A stretch of DNA of 64,000 bases from Macrostomum lignano (Eukaryota): assembly GCA_002269645.1 (NCBI GenBank), contig NIVC01002269.1, positions 47,129 to 111,128 of the forward strand, written 5' to 3'. The notes below the pieces were generated by a model. That model was not told the DNA's origin, made no database searches, and saw nothing but the letters and a program-made list of their open reading frames with translations. The stretch's first letter is position 1, and the number at the start of each line of letters is the position of its first letter. Below are positions 23,215-37,500 of this stretch, in pieces. The translations under genes were made by a program, and so were the position numbers.

Positions 23215-26200
23215 GGCTGACTCTCATGAGTGTGTTTAAGAACTGATTCTCATGAGTGTGTTTAAGAACCGATTCTCATGAGTGTGTTTAAGAACCGATT
23301 GTCATGAGTGTGTTTAAGAACTGATTCTCATGAGTGTGTTTAAGAATCGTTTCTCTTGAGTGTGTTTAAGAACCGATTCTCATGAGTGTGTTTAAGAACC
23401 GATTCTCATGAGTGTGTTTAAGAACCGATTCTCATGAGTGTGTTTAAGAACCGATTCTCATGAGTGTGTTTAAGAACTGATTCTCATGAGTGTGTTTAAG
23501 AACTGATTCTCATGAGTGTGTTTAAGAACCGATTCTCATGAGTGTGTTTAAGAACTGATTCTTATGAGTGTGTTTAAGAACTGATTCTCATGAGTGTGTT
23601 TAAGAACCGATTCTCATGAGTGTGTTTAAGAACCGATTCTCATGAGTGTGTTTAAGAACCGATTCTCATGAGTGTGTTTAAGAACCGATTCTCATGAGTG
23701 TGTTTAAGAACTGATTCTCATGAGTGTGTTTAAGAACCGATTCTCATGAGTGTGTTTAAGAACCGATTCTCATGAGTGTGTTTAAGAATCGATTCTCATG
23801 AGTGTGTTTAAGAACTGATTCTCATGAGTGTGTTTAAGAACCGATTCTCATGAGTGTGTTTAAGAACCGATTCTCATGAGTGTGTTTAAGAACCGATTCT
23901 CATGAGTGTGTTTAAGAACTGATTCTCATGAGTGTGTTTAAGAACCGATTCTCATGAGTGTGTTTAAGAACTGATTCTCATGAGTGTGTTTAAGAACCGA
24001 TTCTCATGAGTGTGTTTAAGAACTGATTCTTATGAGTGTGTTTAAGAACTGATTCTCATGAGTGTGTTTAAGAACCGATTCTCATGAGTGTGTTTAAGAA
24101 CCGATTCTCATGAGTGTGTTTAAGAACCGATTCTCATGAGTGTGTTTAAGAACCGATTCTCATGAGTGTGTTTAAGAACTGATTCTCATGAGTGTGTTTA
24201 AGAACCGATTCTCATGAGTGTGTTTAAGAACCGATTCTCATGAGTGTGTTTAAGAATCGATTCTCATGAGTGTGTTTAAGAACTGATTCTCATGAGTGTG
24301 TTTAAGAACCGATTCTCATGAGTGTGTTTAAGAACCGATTCTCATGAGTGTGTTTAAGAACCGATTCTCATGAGTGTGTTTAAGAACCGATTCTCATGAG
24401 TGTGTTTAAGAACCGATTCTCATGAGTGTGTTTAAGAATCGATTCTCATGAGTGTGTTTAAGAACTGATTCTCATGAGTGTGTTTAAGAACCGATTCTCA
24501 TGAGTGTGTTTAAGAACTGATTCTCATGAGTGTGTTTAAGAACCGATTCTCATGAGTGTGTTTAAGAACCGATTCTCATGAGTGTGTTTAAGAACCGATT
24601 CTCATGAGTGTGTTTAAGAATCGATTCTCATGAGTGTGTTTAAGAACTGATTCTCATGAGTGTGTTTAAGAACCGATTCTCATGAGTGTGTTTAAGAACC
24701 GATTCTCATGAGTGTGTTTAAGAACCGATTCTCATAAGTGTGTTTAAGAACCGATTCTCATGAGTGTGTTTAAGAACCGATTCTCATGAGTGTGTTTAAG
24801 AACCGATTCTCATGAGTGTGTTTAAGAACTGATTCTCATGAGTGTGTTTAAGAACCGATTTTCATGAGTGTGTTTAAGAACCGATTCTCATGAGTGTGTT
24901 TAAGAATCGATTCTCATGAGTGTGTTTAAGAACCGATTCTCATGAGTGTGTTTAAGAACCGATTCTCATGAGTGTGTTTAAGAACCGATTGTCCTGAGTG
25001 TGTTTAAGAAACGATTCTCATGAGTGTGTTTAAGAACCGATTTTCATGAGTGTGTTTAAGAACCGATTCTCATGAGTGTGTTTAAGAACCGATTCTCATG
25101 AGTGTGTTTAAGAACTGATTCTCATGAGTGTGTTTAAGAACCGATTCTCATGAGTGTGTTTAAGAACCGATTCTCATGAGTGTGTTTAAGAATCGATTCT
25201 CATGAGTGTGTTTAAGAACTGATTCTCATGAGTGTGTTTAAGAACCGATTCTCATGAGTGTGTTTAAGAACCGATTCTCATGAGTGTGTTTAAGAACCGA
25301 TTCTCATGAGTGTGTTTAAGAACTGATTCTCATGAGTGTGTTTAAGAACCGATTCTCATGAGTGTGTTTAAGAACCGATTCTCATGAGTGTGTTTAAGAA
25401 CCGATTCTCATGAGTGTGTTTAAGAACCGATTCTCATGAGTGTGTTTAAGAACCGATTCTCATGAGTGTGTTTAAGAATCGATTCTCATGAGTGTGTTTA
25501 AGAACTGATTCTCATGAGTGTGTTTAAGAACCGATTCTCATGAGTGTGTTTAAGAACCGATTCTCATGAGTGTGTTTAAGAACCGATTCTCATGAGTGTG
25601 TTTAAGAACTGATTCTCATGAGTGTGTTTAAGAACCGATTCTCATGAGTGTGTTTAAGAACCGATTCTCATGAGTGTGTTTAAGAACCGATTCTCATGAG
25701 TGTGTTTAAGAACTGATTCTTATGAGTGTGTTTAAGAACTGATTCTCATGAGTGTGTTTAAGAACCGATTCTCATGAGTGTGTTTAAGAACCGATTCTCA
25801 TGAGTGTGTTTAAGAACCGATTCTCATGAGTGTGTTTAAGAACCGATTCTCATGAGTGTGTTTAAGAACTGATTCTCATGAGTGTGTTTAAGAACCGATT
25901 CTCATGAGTGTGTTTAAGAACCGATTCTCATGAGTGTGTTTAAGAATCGATTCTCATGAGTGTGTTTAAGAACTGATTCTCATGAGTGTGTTTAAGAACC
26001 GATTCTCATGAGTGTGTTTAAGAACCGATTCTCATGAGTGTGTTTAAGAACCGATTCTCATGAGTGTGTTTAAGAACCGATTCTCATGAGTGTGTTTAAG
26101 AACCGATTCTCATGAGTGTGTTTAAGAATCGATTCTCATGAGTGTGTTTAAGAACTGATTCTCATGAGTGTGTTTAAGAACCGATTCTCATGAGTGTGTT

Positions 26201-27165
26201 TAAGAACTGATTCTCATGAGTGTGTTTAAGAACCGATTCTCATGAGTGTGTTTAAGAACCGATTCTCATGAGTGTGTTTAAGAACCGATTCTCATGAGTG
26301 TGTTTAAGAATCGATTCTCATGAGTGTGTTTAAGAACTGATTCTCATGAGTGTGTTTAAGAACCGATTCTCATGAGTGTGTTTAAGAACCGATTCTCATG
26401 AGTGTGTTTAAGAACCGATTCTCATAAGTGTGTTTAAGAACCGATTCTCATGAGTGTGTTTAAGAACCGATTCTCATGAGTGTGTTTAAGAACCGATTCT
26501 CATGAGTGTGTTTAAGAACTGATTCTCATGAGTGTGTTTAAGAACCGATTTTCATGAGTGTGTTTAAGAACCGATTCTCATGAGTGTGTTTAAGAATCGA
26601 TTCTCATGAGTGTGTTTAAGAACCGATTCTCATGAGTGTGTTTAAGAACCGATTCTCATGAGTGTGTTTAAGAACCGATTGTCATGAGTGTGTTTAAGAA
26701 ACGATTCTCATGAGTGTGTTTAAGAACCGATTCTCATGAGTGTGTTTAAGAACCGATTCTCATGAGTGTGTTTAAGAACCGATTCTCATGAGTGTGTTTA
26801 AGAACTGATTCTCATGAGTGTGTTTAAGAACCGATTCTCATGAGTGTGTTTAAGAACCGATTCTCATGAGTGTGTTTAAGAATCGATTCTCATGAGTGTG
26901 TTTAAGAACCGATTCTCATGAGTGTGTTTAAGAACCGATTCTCATGAGTGTGTTTAAGAACCGATTCTCATGAGTGTGTTTAAGAACCGATTCTCATGAG
27001 TGTGTTTAAGAACTGATTCTCATGAGTGTGTTTAAGAACCGATTCTCATGAGTGTGTTTAAGAACCGATTCTCATGAGTGTGTTTAAGAACCGATTCTCA
27101 TGAGTGTGTTTAAGAACCGATTCTCATGAGTGTGTTTAAGAACCGATTCTCATAAGTGTGTTTAA
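23215..27165. repeat. 26-bp satellite, about 150 copies, between two convergent genes
   Basis: Unit gattctcatgagtgtgtttaagaac(c/t). No unique spacers. Confidence 0.98.
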
Positions 27166-27506
27166 GGGCCGAATTTTGTTCTAGACTATCGAATGCAATA
27201 AAATTCGATTGAGTTGTTAGGAGAAAGGTTAGGGCTACAACACAGGGTCAGTAGTCATGGATAGAATTAATTTGAATAAAGATGAGCAAAGAAGAGCATA
27301 ATTTTTATCATAGGATAATCATAGGATCATAAAGCACAAGTCAAAACAAATTAACAAAAAGGTGCAAATAGCAGCGGGAAGACAGGCAGACAGACAGCGG
27401 GACAAAGACTACAAAAAACAGCCACAAAGACCAGCAAAGTTTAACAACAATTTGTGACCGAATTACCAGTCCAATACTTACTATATCATAGGAGTCAGAA
27501 CAGTAA

Positions 27507-30500
27507 TTATTTAATATTAATTTGTCTGAGAGCAGCTTCCAAAGCTTCCTGGTTGCCAGAGAAATAGGCGGACACGGCGGATTGGAACAGACGCAACTGC
27601 TTCTGCATCACTCGGATCTGAAATTTTGTGGCTGAGTAAATTAAATGAGTGAAGCCGTGTGAGTAACTATAATTAACCGTCTTTTAAACTCGAAACTTTT
27701 CATAGCCACAAATTTAGTAATGGTTTTATTAACTACTCTACTTACAGTAGAAATATAGACAAAATACTTAAAATAATAATATAAACAATGCTAACGCGTT
27801 ATTGACTCGACTAGGGGTTGTAGCCTAGTGATTAGAGCGTCGGACTTGAGGGTCGGGGGTTCGATTTTCCGCCCACTCGGAACAATTTGTGTCTTTGAGC
27901 AAGCCACTCAACTATACATTGCTTCAGTTCACCCATCTGTAAAATGGGTGCCAGCATTAGCTGGGGTAATTGAGGGTTTGTTGGCGACCCCCCCCCCCAG
28001 TCCTTGGACTGAACAGCCTCACGCAGCCCTCAGATGTGCCGCGCAATAGCTGCGGCTGAGCTGTCGGTTGCACATCTGCCCATTAGGGCAGGTGTATTCA
28101 GTTCTTATTATTATTTATAGTCAATAATAGTAATGCCGAAGGCATCCATGGAAGTTTAATATTCGGTTTTCGACACCAAAAATCCCAACTCAAACCTTGT
28201 TCTCATCCAGGAACTGCACTTTAATTCGAACGTCATGCCGTAATTGTTCGAATTTCTGCTGCCGAATTTCGTATTGCCGTTTGAGCTCCTCGGCTTTTGC
28301 AACTTCCGCGCCTGTCCGGCCGTAGCCGGGCCTCACGGACAAGGCGTCCAGGTCGCCGCGGTGGGCGTCGTACTCCACTCTGCCAGGTGGTGGAATGGTG
28401 AGAAGCAGGGTGGCTTTGAACCTTTTTTACACAACCTAGGGGTTTTCCCAGACCTCGCCTTCAGGTTCCAAGTTTTGGGCTGGTGCTACAACCTTGCTAC
28501 AACCTAATTCTGCATCCTAATCCTACAGAATGGTTCCACATCCTGCTCATGCCATCATCTTGGTTCCACATGCTGGTTCCACATCCTGGGCATGCCTACA
28601 CCCTGGTTCCACATCCTGGGCATGCCTACACCCTGGTTCCACATCCTGGGCATGCCTACACCCTGGTTCCACATCCTGGGCATGCCTACACCCTGGTTCC
28701 ACATCCTGGGCATGCCTACACCCTGGTTCCACATCCTGGGCATGCCTACACCCTGGTTCCACATCCTGGGCATGCCTACACCCTGGTTCCACATCCTGGG
28801 CATGCCTACACCCTGGTTCCACATCCTGGGCATGCCTACACCCTGGTTCCACATCCTGGGCATGCCTACACCTGGTTCCACATCCTGGTCATGCCTACAC
28901 CCTGGTTCCACATCCTGGGCATGCCATCATCCTGGTTCCACATCCTGGGCATGCCATCATCCTGGTTCCACATCCTGGGCATGCCATCATCCTGGTTCCA
29001 CATCCTGGGCATGCCTACACCCTGGTTCCACATCCTGGGCATGCCTACACCCTGGTTCCACATCCTGGGCATGCCTACACCTGGTTCCACATCCTGGTCA
29101 TGCCTACACCCTGGTTCCACATCCTGGGCATGCCATCATCCTGGTTCCACATCCTGGGCATGCCATCATCCTGGTTCCACATCCTGGGCATGCCATCATC
29201 CTGGTTCCACATCCTGGGCATGCCTACACCCTGGTTCCACATCCTGGGCATGCCATCATCCTGGTTCCACATCCTGGGCATGCCTACACCCTGGTTCCAC
29301 ATCCTGGGCATGCCTACACCCTGGTTCCACATCCTGGGCATGCCTACACCCTGGTTCCACATCCTGGGCATGCCTACACCCTGGTTCCACATCCTGGGCA
29401 TGCCTACACCCTGGTTCCACATCCTGGGCATGCCTACACCCTGGTTCCACATCCTGGTCATGCCTACACCTGGTTCCACATCCTGGGCATGCCTACACCC
29501 TGGTTCCACATCCTGGTCATGCCTACACCTGGTTCCACATCCTGGGCATGCCTACACCCTGGTTCCACATCCTGGGCATGCCATCATCCTGGTTCCACAT
29601 CCTGGGCATGCCATCATCCTGGTTCCACATCCTGGGCATGCCTACACCCTGGTTCCACATCCTGGGCATGCCATCATCCTGGTTCCACATCCTGGGCATG
29701 CCTACACCCTGGTTCCACATCCTGGGCATGCCTACACCCTGGTTCCACATCCTGGGCATGCCTACACCCTGGTTCCACATCCTGGGCATGCCTACACCCT
29801 GGTTCCACATCCTGGGCATGCCTACACCCTGGTTCCACATCCTGGGCATGCCTACACCCTGGTTCCACATCCTGGTCATGCCTACACCCTGGTTCCACAT
29901 CCTGGTCATGCCTACACCTGGTTCCACATCCTGGGCATGCCTACACCCTGGTTCCACATCCTGGGCATGCCTACACCCTGGTTCCACATCCTGGGCATGC
30001 CTACACCCTGGTTCCACATCCTGGGCATGCCTACACCCTGGTTCCACATCCTGGGCATGCCTACACCCTGGTTCCACATCCTGGTCATGCCTACACCTGG
30101 TTCCACATCCTGGGCATGCCTACACCCTGGTTCCACATCCTGGTCATGCCTACACCTGGTTCCACATCCTGGGCATGCCTACACCCTGGTTCCACATCCT
30201 GGGCATGCCATCATCCTGGTTCCACATCCTGGGCATGCCATCATCCTGGTTCCACATCCTGGGCATGCCATCATCCTGGTTCCACATCCTGAGCATGCCA
30301 TCATCCTGGTCCCACATCCTGAGCATGCCATGATCCTGGTTCCATATTCTCGTTCCACAACCTGATTCTACTGCATACTCGGGTTTTACATTATTTTAAA
30401 ATATATTATTCTTACATCCGGGACATGATTAGCGTCAATCTCACCTGGCAAACTCGTAGGCGCTGACGGTGCGCAGCGCATCCTCGAAGGTTCTGTTAAC

Positions 30501-32525
30501 CAGAGTGGACAGGGCCGTGCAAAACGCCTGCAACGCCACCAGCAGTTGCTCGCCGCTGCGCTGCAATGCCCGCTGACTGTCGGCGCTCTGCTGAAAGTCG
30601 GTGGCGAGCGCCGGGGGCTCCTGGCGGGCCAAGTCAAGAAATGCATCGGCGAGGACTCGCTGGGTGTCGCACATGGCCTGGAGAGGAGCGGATGGCGCTA
30701 GTTAACAGTTTCCAGTGTTGGTGACTAAGGGTGAGACTTGGGGTGACTAAGGGTGAGATTTGTGATGACTAAGGGTGAGATTTGGGATGACTAAGGGTGA
30801 GATTTGGGATGACTAAGGGTGAGATTTGGGATAACTAAGGTTTTGATTTGGGTTGAATAAGGGTGAGATTTGGGATAACTAAGGGTGAGATTTGGGATGA
30901 CTAAGGGTGTGATTTGGGACAACTAAGGGTGAGATTTCGAATTACTAAGGGTGAGATTTGGGATAACTAAGGGTGAGATTTGGGATGACTAAGGGTGAGA
31001 TTTGGGATAACTAAGGGTGAGATTTGGGATGACTAAGGGTGAGATTTGGGATAATTAAGGGTGAGATTTAGGATGACTAAGGGTGAGACTTGGGATGACT
31101 AAGGGTGAGACTTGGGGTGACCAAGGGTGAGACTTGGGATGACTAAGGGTGAGACTTGGGGTGACTAAGGGTTTGATTTGGGTTGACTAAGGGTGAGATT
31201 TAGGGTGACTGAGGGTAAGATTTGGGATGACTAAGGGTGAGATTTGGGATAACTAAGGGTGAGACTTCGTATGACTAAGGGTGAGATTTTGGGTGAGTAA
31301 GGGTGAGATTTTGCATCAATAAGGGTGAGATTTCAGGTGACTATAAGGATGGAATTTACGATAATGAAAAGGTGTACATATTTGGTCCATAACACTAAAC
31401 CTGAACAGGTAAGAAGAGCAAGACTGGAGTGAGTTGAGCAATAAGCAGCAGCAATACCTGAAAGTGCTTAGTCAGAGCTGAGGCCAAATTCAGCAGGGCC
31501 TCGTAGCGTCGACGCGACTCGCGAAGAGCGGCCACGGCCGCCTCGGTCTCCAGATCGGCTGTCCGGGTGGCCCGGCCGAGCCGTTCGGACACCAGCTGTA
31601 GGGTGCACTTGTAGGCGTTGTAGCCCCACTGCCGCACCGACTGCAGCGGCCACGGGCCGCCACCACCAACTGCGGCTCCGCTGCCGACACCACCGACTGT
31701 CTGCTGATGGCCCTCGGTAGGGGCCATGATCTTGCCGCTCGTGCCTGAAGGAGCAGGGATAGCTTGCCTGAGCACACACTGAAGGAGCAGGGATAGCTTG
31801 CCTAAGCACACACTGAAGGAGCAGAGATAGCTTGCCTGAGCACACACTGAAGGAGCAGGGATAGCTTGCCTGAGCACACACTGAAGGAGCAGGGATAGCT
31901 TGCCTAAGCACACACTGAAGGAGCAGAGATAGCTTGTCTGAGCACACACTGAAGGAGCAGGGATAGCTTGCCTGAGCACACACTGAAGGAGCAGGGATAG
32001 CTTGCCTGAGCACACACTGAAGGAGCAGGGATAGCTTGCCTAAGCACACACTGAAGGAGCAGAGATAGCTTGCCTGAGCACACACTGAAGGAGCAGGGAT
32101 AGCTTGCCTGAGCACACACTGAAGGAGCAGGGATAGCTTGCCTAAGCACACACTGAAGGAGCAGGGATAGCTTGCCTAAGCACACACTGAAGGAGCAGGG
32201 ATAACTTGCCTGAGCACACACTGAAGGAGCAGGGATGGCTTGCCTAAGCACATACTAAAGGCGCAGGGGTAGCTCTAAAAAGTAGCTTTAAAAGTTGAAA
32301 ACTTTTTTTCTTAGAAAACTTACCTAACTGCCGGCTAGCAGGTGGTAGGCCCATGGTTTGAATTTGCCTTCGATTCTCTGGACTAAGCTTATTGCCACTA
32401 CCATCCAAGCTTACTGCTTTGCTTTCAAGAGATCGAACTGCCTCTTCAGCAGCTGGCACAGATGGTTGGTGATTTTCACCATTAACACGTAATTCCACTG
32501 ATGATCCTTCTTGTTCACTGGTCAT
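27507..32525 (-). CDS. ARFIP: Arfaptin (AH/BAR domain), 5 coding exons
   Basis: Exons 32525-32324, 31744-31458, 30677-30445, 28379-28196, 27617-27507. Motifs [88 protein letters not shown] match arfaptin-1/2. Confidence 0.95.
27814..28116 (+). mobile_element. tRNA-derived CORE-like SINE in the last arfaptin intron
   Basis: A box TAGCCTAGTG, B box GGTTCGATTTTCC, CORE-like TTGTGTCTTTGAGCAAGCCACTCAAC...CATCTGTAAAATGGG, and a (TTA)n tail. Confidence 0.82.
28525..30350. repeat. 30-bp minisatellite (with 29-bp variants), arfaptin intron 3
   Basis: Unit ctggttccacatcctgggcatgcc(tacacc/atcatc). Explains the 566-616 aa ORFs. Confidence 0.97.
30720..31345. repeat. 22-bp minisatellite, arfaptin intron 2
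   Basis: Unit gatgactaagggtgagatttgg. Confidence 0.93.
31745..32255. repeat. 34-bp minisatellite, arfaptin intron 1, containing the 3' splice site
   Basis: Minus-strand unit tgtgtgctcaggcaagctatccctgctccttcag, about 15 copies. The last copy supplies the exon 2 acceptor. Confidence 0.93.
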
Positions 32526-34574
32526 GTTTTAGCAATTGCAGTCTATAAATAAATTATACTGAAAGGCAATTATGTTGAATTATAACTCATATATTCTAAG
32601 AAATATTATAAAAGTAAAGTACAAAAGTAATTGGATATATTTTTATCATTGTATAATATACAAACTTTATTGGTTATATAAAATATATAGATATAGCTAT
32701 AAGGCCTAGGTAACTTTTCTATAAAGTTAAAAGCAATAAAAGTATAATTTATGATCAAAATTTTCTTTATAATAATTTTTTTCAAGTATTAATTAATTGT
32801 ACTATTACTTTTGCTATTTCAATGCCTTAAGAGATGTCTTTGGAATTCTTTAATACTAGCTATTATACCCCCCAGTAATAGTATGATTGTCATCATTAGT
32901 ATAACAAAAAATTTGTTGGGAAGTAGATTCTAAAGGATAAAAGCTCAAAAAGGGGGGCTAAGAAGATGGATTTAAATTTTGGAAAAATGCACTTGGTCCC
33001 CACTTTTTTCAGGTCTTTGCTGAAAGAGAGGGGCAACATTCCTTAAAGTATCTTTGGTTGTTATTAACAGTATACTATACTTTCTATAAGCATTTCTTTT
33101 TAGTTTTATAACCGTTTTTACCACGATAAAATTTGAATTGGTTGAATAAGATTTAAGATTGGTAAAAGTCACGTTATCGCTTACTTCTTCTAAAAGTTCA
33201 CTAGGTCAGACGGGTTTATATTTGGTTCCTCTAATTTCTAAACAGATGGCTTTGGTAGTACAATATAATTACCTTAATTTATCGGTAAATATCTAAAATA
33301 TCACAGAAAAATATTCTATTTTGGTTCGTTTTATTATTTTACTGATTCTATGATACAACAAATTCAGGTATAATTTAAACCAAAAAGCCAAAGAGTCAGC
33401 TCAGCTCTATTTTTCCTTGAAAATGAAAATCTTGAATGCATGCGGTATTGTTTTGCAACGTAACAAAAAACTACAAAAAAATTAACTCATTAAAAACTTA
33501 TAAATTTGAAAAATAACACTATTCTTTCTCTTTTTTATGTTATTTTAGCTATCATTTATTTTTTTAATAAAAGCAATTAAATAGATTGATTATACATAAA
33601 TGAAAAACATTCAACTTGAAGAATTCCAGTATTTAATTATTTTTCCCACGTGAAAAATGAAAAATACACCAAAATACCTGCATAGCAAACAACAATATTT
33701 TTACTAAATAAAGAAGACTCTTAAAGTTTCCTTATTTCCCCTCTTCCTTGAAGTTCTACTTTATTAATGTGACAAAAATGTTATTGTTAGGAGTTATAAA
33801 AGACTTCAAAATTCGAAGTGGTCAAGTGGATAAGTTTCTTAGTTTTTAACTCTCCAAATCATTTGAATAAATATTGAAGTTATCAGCCATACGCTAGTTC
33901 GATAGAATAAGATTCGTATCTTTAACACCTTTTAATTTAAGTAAATGAGAAATAATTTTTATATTTAAAAGCATGACATCTCTATCTAAGTCCATAATAT
34001 TGACTAAATTGATAGTGAAAAAAGTTTTTAAATTTTCTACAGAAATTTTATTTTATTTTTTTATTTTTTTAAATCTGCTCTAATGCTTAATAGCATGGTG
34101 GATAAAATATTTCATTCGCTTTAAAGTTTGAAATAAAGTTTGAAGTTCTCGAAGTATAAACTTTGGATATTTGTTAGAATATGTAAAAAGAAATTAGTGA
34201 TAGCAACTACATTGTATATTATCTATATGCAATGAAGTTTTGGCATAAGAATTGGATTATAATTGATAGGCTTATAGCCCAAAAATGTTCTATGAACTAA
34301 CAATTACTAAAAGGTTTTAGAATTTTATTTCTTTAGTACAAATATGTGCTCATACCATTTGTACTTTGCCCTAATCCTCATTATAATTGTAGTCTAAATA
34401 TATAACTGATTTCTACTGGTTTATTACCCACTTTTTATTTATTTATTTATTCTAATTAAGAAATTATTGGCTACATCATAGCCATACTTTTCGATTAAGA
34501 ATTTTTGTTCAAAAAGTAGACTTTAAAATATGCCTTTTACAAAAGTGAAAAATTGACTGAACTTTCTGCCCCAG

Positions 34575-37500
34575 CCGGAGGGAAACTTTCTGACCCGGAC
34601 GGTGGCCGATGTCTATCGGCTGGCCCAGAGCGAGCACCGCCGACGCAAGCGAGAGAAGCAGCGGCAGACCAATGGCGACGAGTCCGACAGCCTACAAGAC
34701 GCGGCGCCTCCCGAGAATCTGTTCGATGCCGCCAAACGCGGCTGCGTCGACTTCATAGAAGCTCAGCTGGAGCGCGAAGGCCACTCGACTCTATCCGAGC
34801 GGGATTCGGGCGGCCTCACCGCTGCTCACTGGGCCAGCCTGTCCGGCCAGCTCGGCGTCCTGCGCTTCCTGGCCGAACGCGGCGGCGTCGCCTGTTGCGA
34901 CATGCCGGCAACTGGCCAGGAGGAGCTCGGCCAGCGGCCGCTGCACTGGGCCTGCGTCAACGGCCACGTGCCCGTCATAGACTTCCTGCTCAGCCTGGGC
35001 GCCGATGCCAACACGCCGGACTCGGCGGGCGCCACTCCGCTGATTACCGCCTGCCAGCACGCGCGAACCGTCGCAGCCGCCTTTCTGCTCACTCGCGGCG
35101 GTGCCCAGGCCGGCGCGGCCGACTGCGACGGCGACACGGCTTTGCACTGGGCGGCTTCGCGGGCCAACCCGGACCTGGTCCGCCTGCTGGTGCGCGCAGG
35201 CTGCGAACCGGGGCGCCGGGACCGGCACGGTCAGGCGCCGCTGCACCTCGCCTGCGCCGCCGGCCGGGCCGACGTCGCTCGCGACCTCTGCGAGTTGTAC
35301 GGCGCCGATCCCCACGAGGTTGGTGAGGATGGCAACAAGTCAACCTTGGCTTTTGGAAGTGCTGCACATCATTGTGGCAAACATTGTGGCCAGAGGAAGG
35401 GGGAGAGGAGAGGGAATAGAGGAGAAAGGAGAGAAGAAATAGGAGATGGAAGAGAAGAAAAAAGAAGAGAGAAGATTAAAGAAGACAGCTAAGAAGAGAC
35501 ACAAACCTTGAGCGGGCCGGATTGCCATTGTGAAGTTTCACAAGAGACCCGAAGACCGGACAGAGAAGCTTCACGGGCCTGAGTTTGCCAACCCCTGACT
35601 TATAAAACCATCCTGCTGAATCTTACATACGCAGGCACCAATGTTGGGCGAGTTACTTTTTAAAAGTAACACGAATAGCAGCAGTAACGATTATTATTGA
35701 CAAGAGAGTAACAAAAACTAAGAAAGTCACGATTAGTTACCGTTACTTTTAAAGTTATTTACTCAAAATGTTTTTCGAAGAAAGTAAGTTTTCTTTTGTT
35801 TACAAACTAAGAAAACTTGTCAGTTTTGTTGATGATTATCGCATTTCCAAATTTTTACAGTTTGTAATTACTTAATTGCAATTGTTTTTTTTAAAATAGC
35901 TGGAAACTATATTCAAGTAGTTAGGAAAGTAGTATATAAAGTAAGTTCTTATGACACAGCTGAGTGTACAACGAACCTCCCCCTGACTTGCTCATCATCA
36001 ATTTTAGGTGCGACAGTTACTTGACATTTCCATTGCGTTAACTTGTGAACAAAACTCAAATAACCTTTGCTGCATCTATACTCGTTTCGAAAGTTCAGTC
36101 AGTCAGAATGAGAGCGAAGAGGAGAGAGGAGATAAAAAAGATGAGGAGAGCTGAGAAGGCCGGAGTTTGCAGACCCCTGATGTAGGAAATTCCTGGTTAG
36201 CCAAGCGAATCAAAAATGCTTTAACCAACCTTGGCCAAACCCCGCTGCAGCCAGACGGCTCCGGCAGGACTCCATTCCAACTGGCCGCAGCAGGACGCCA
36301 CGAAGATGTGGAACGCTGCCTACGCCGCCATCTGCTCAGCAGACACGCCGGGCAGGGTCAGCAGCGAGGCCGCCAACGCCAGCAAGGTCTGCTGGCCAGA
36401 CTGACCGCTATTGGCAATGGCGGGCCGGCTGTCTTCTTTGTGGCTTGTCTGGCTTGCTTCGGCTATCCGGTCTACTGGCTCCGCGTCCGGCCCTTGACCG
36501 CCGGCCTGCATCCGGGAGCTCACGCAGCCTTCCTGCTTGGCAACTGCGTCATGTGGCTGGCCTACTGCCTAGCCTGGCTAACTAATCCAGGCTACGTTGC
36601 TAAGGAGACCGCCGAATACAATCGGCTAATGCGACTGGCCGGCTCTACAGTGGCCGATATAGGCCTGTCCGGTATGGACAATCCGTTGGACAGGCTGTGC
36701 CACACCTGCAGAGCTGTGCGACCGCTCAGGTCTAAGCATTGTCGAGTGTGCGACCGCTGCGTCAGGGACATGGATCATCACTGTCCCTACGTGCGCAACT
36801 GCGTGGGTTCTGGCAATAGGTGAGTGCCTATTTCAGTTGTAGCTTGTACTGTGAATTAAATGTCTGTCTGACTTAATGTCTCAGTGTTTTAACGTCTGTC
36901 TGACTTAATGTCTCAGTGTCTTAACGTCTGTCTGACTTAATGTCTTAGTGTCTTAACGTCTGTCTGACTTAATGTCTTAGTGTTTTAGCGTATCTTTATT
37001 AATGTCTCAGTGTCTTAACGTCTGTCTGACTTAATGTCTTAGTGTTTTAACGGCTGTCTGACTTAATGTCTTAGTGTTTTAGTGTTCTGACTTAATGTCT
37101 TAGTGTTTTAACGGCTGTCTGACTTAATGTCTTAGTGTTTTAGCGTTTGTCTTTAATAATGTCTTAGTGTCTTAACGGCTGTCTGTCTTTATTAATTGAT
37201 GGGTTCGACCTTTTTAAGCCTGTAGCTTCGGGCCTCAGAACTCAGAAATGAATCACTTAAAGCTCTGCCCTCTCACTCCTGTCAGATGGTCAGCCCCGTG
37301 GTAGCAAGATTGTGGGCGAGCAGCAAGGTCCTATAGCTAAGAGAAGACAGCGAGAGACAAGCAGGGTGAATTTGAAAGGTAGAGATTAGCTAATCCACAG
37401 ATTAACCAACCCGCTGCCACCAGTCCGTGCGCCCCGGCTCACCAAACCGGAGCTATCGAAATCGGACTTCCGACTAGAGGGGCATTGCACTTACCTGCCA

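Noticed and set aside
23215-27165. 26-bp palindromic repeat array as a CRISPR array
   Set aside because: Units are contiguous with no unique spacers, there are no cas genes, and the context is eukaryotic.
28483-30365. 566-616 aa ORFs, and similar long ORFs at 5055-5912, 14657-16123, 49412-50955, 53017-53994, 54428-55761
   Set aside because: They are translations of stop-free tandem repeats, open in several frames, and lie in introns or intergenic DNA.
30720-31345. TAAGGG-containing repeat as interstitial telomeric sequence
   Set aside because: The unit is 22 bp and contains no tandem TTAGGG.
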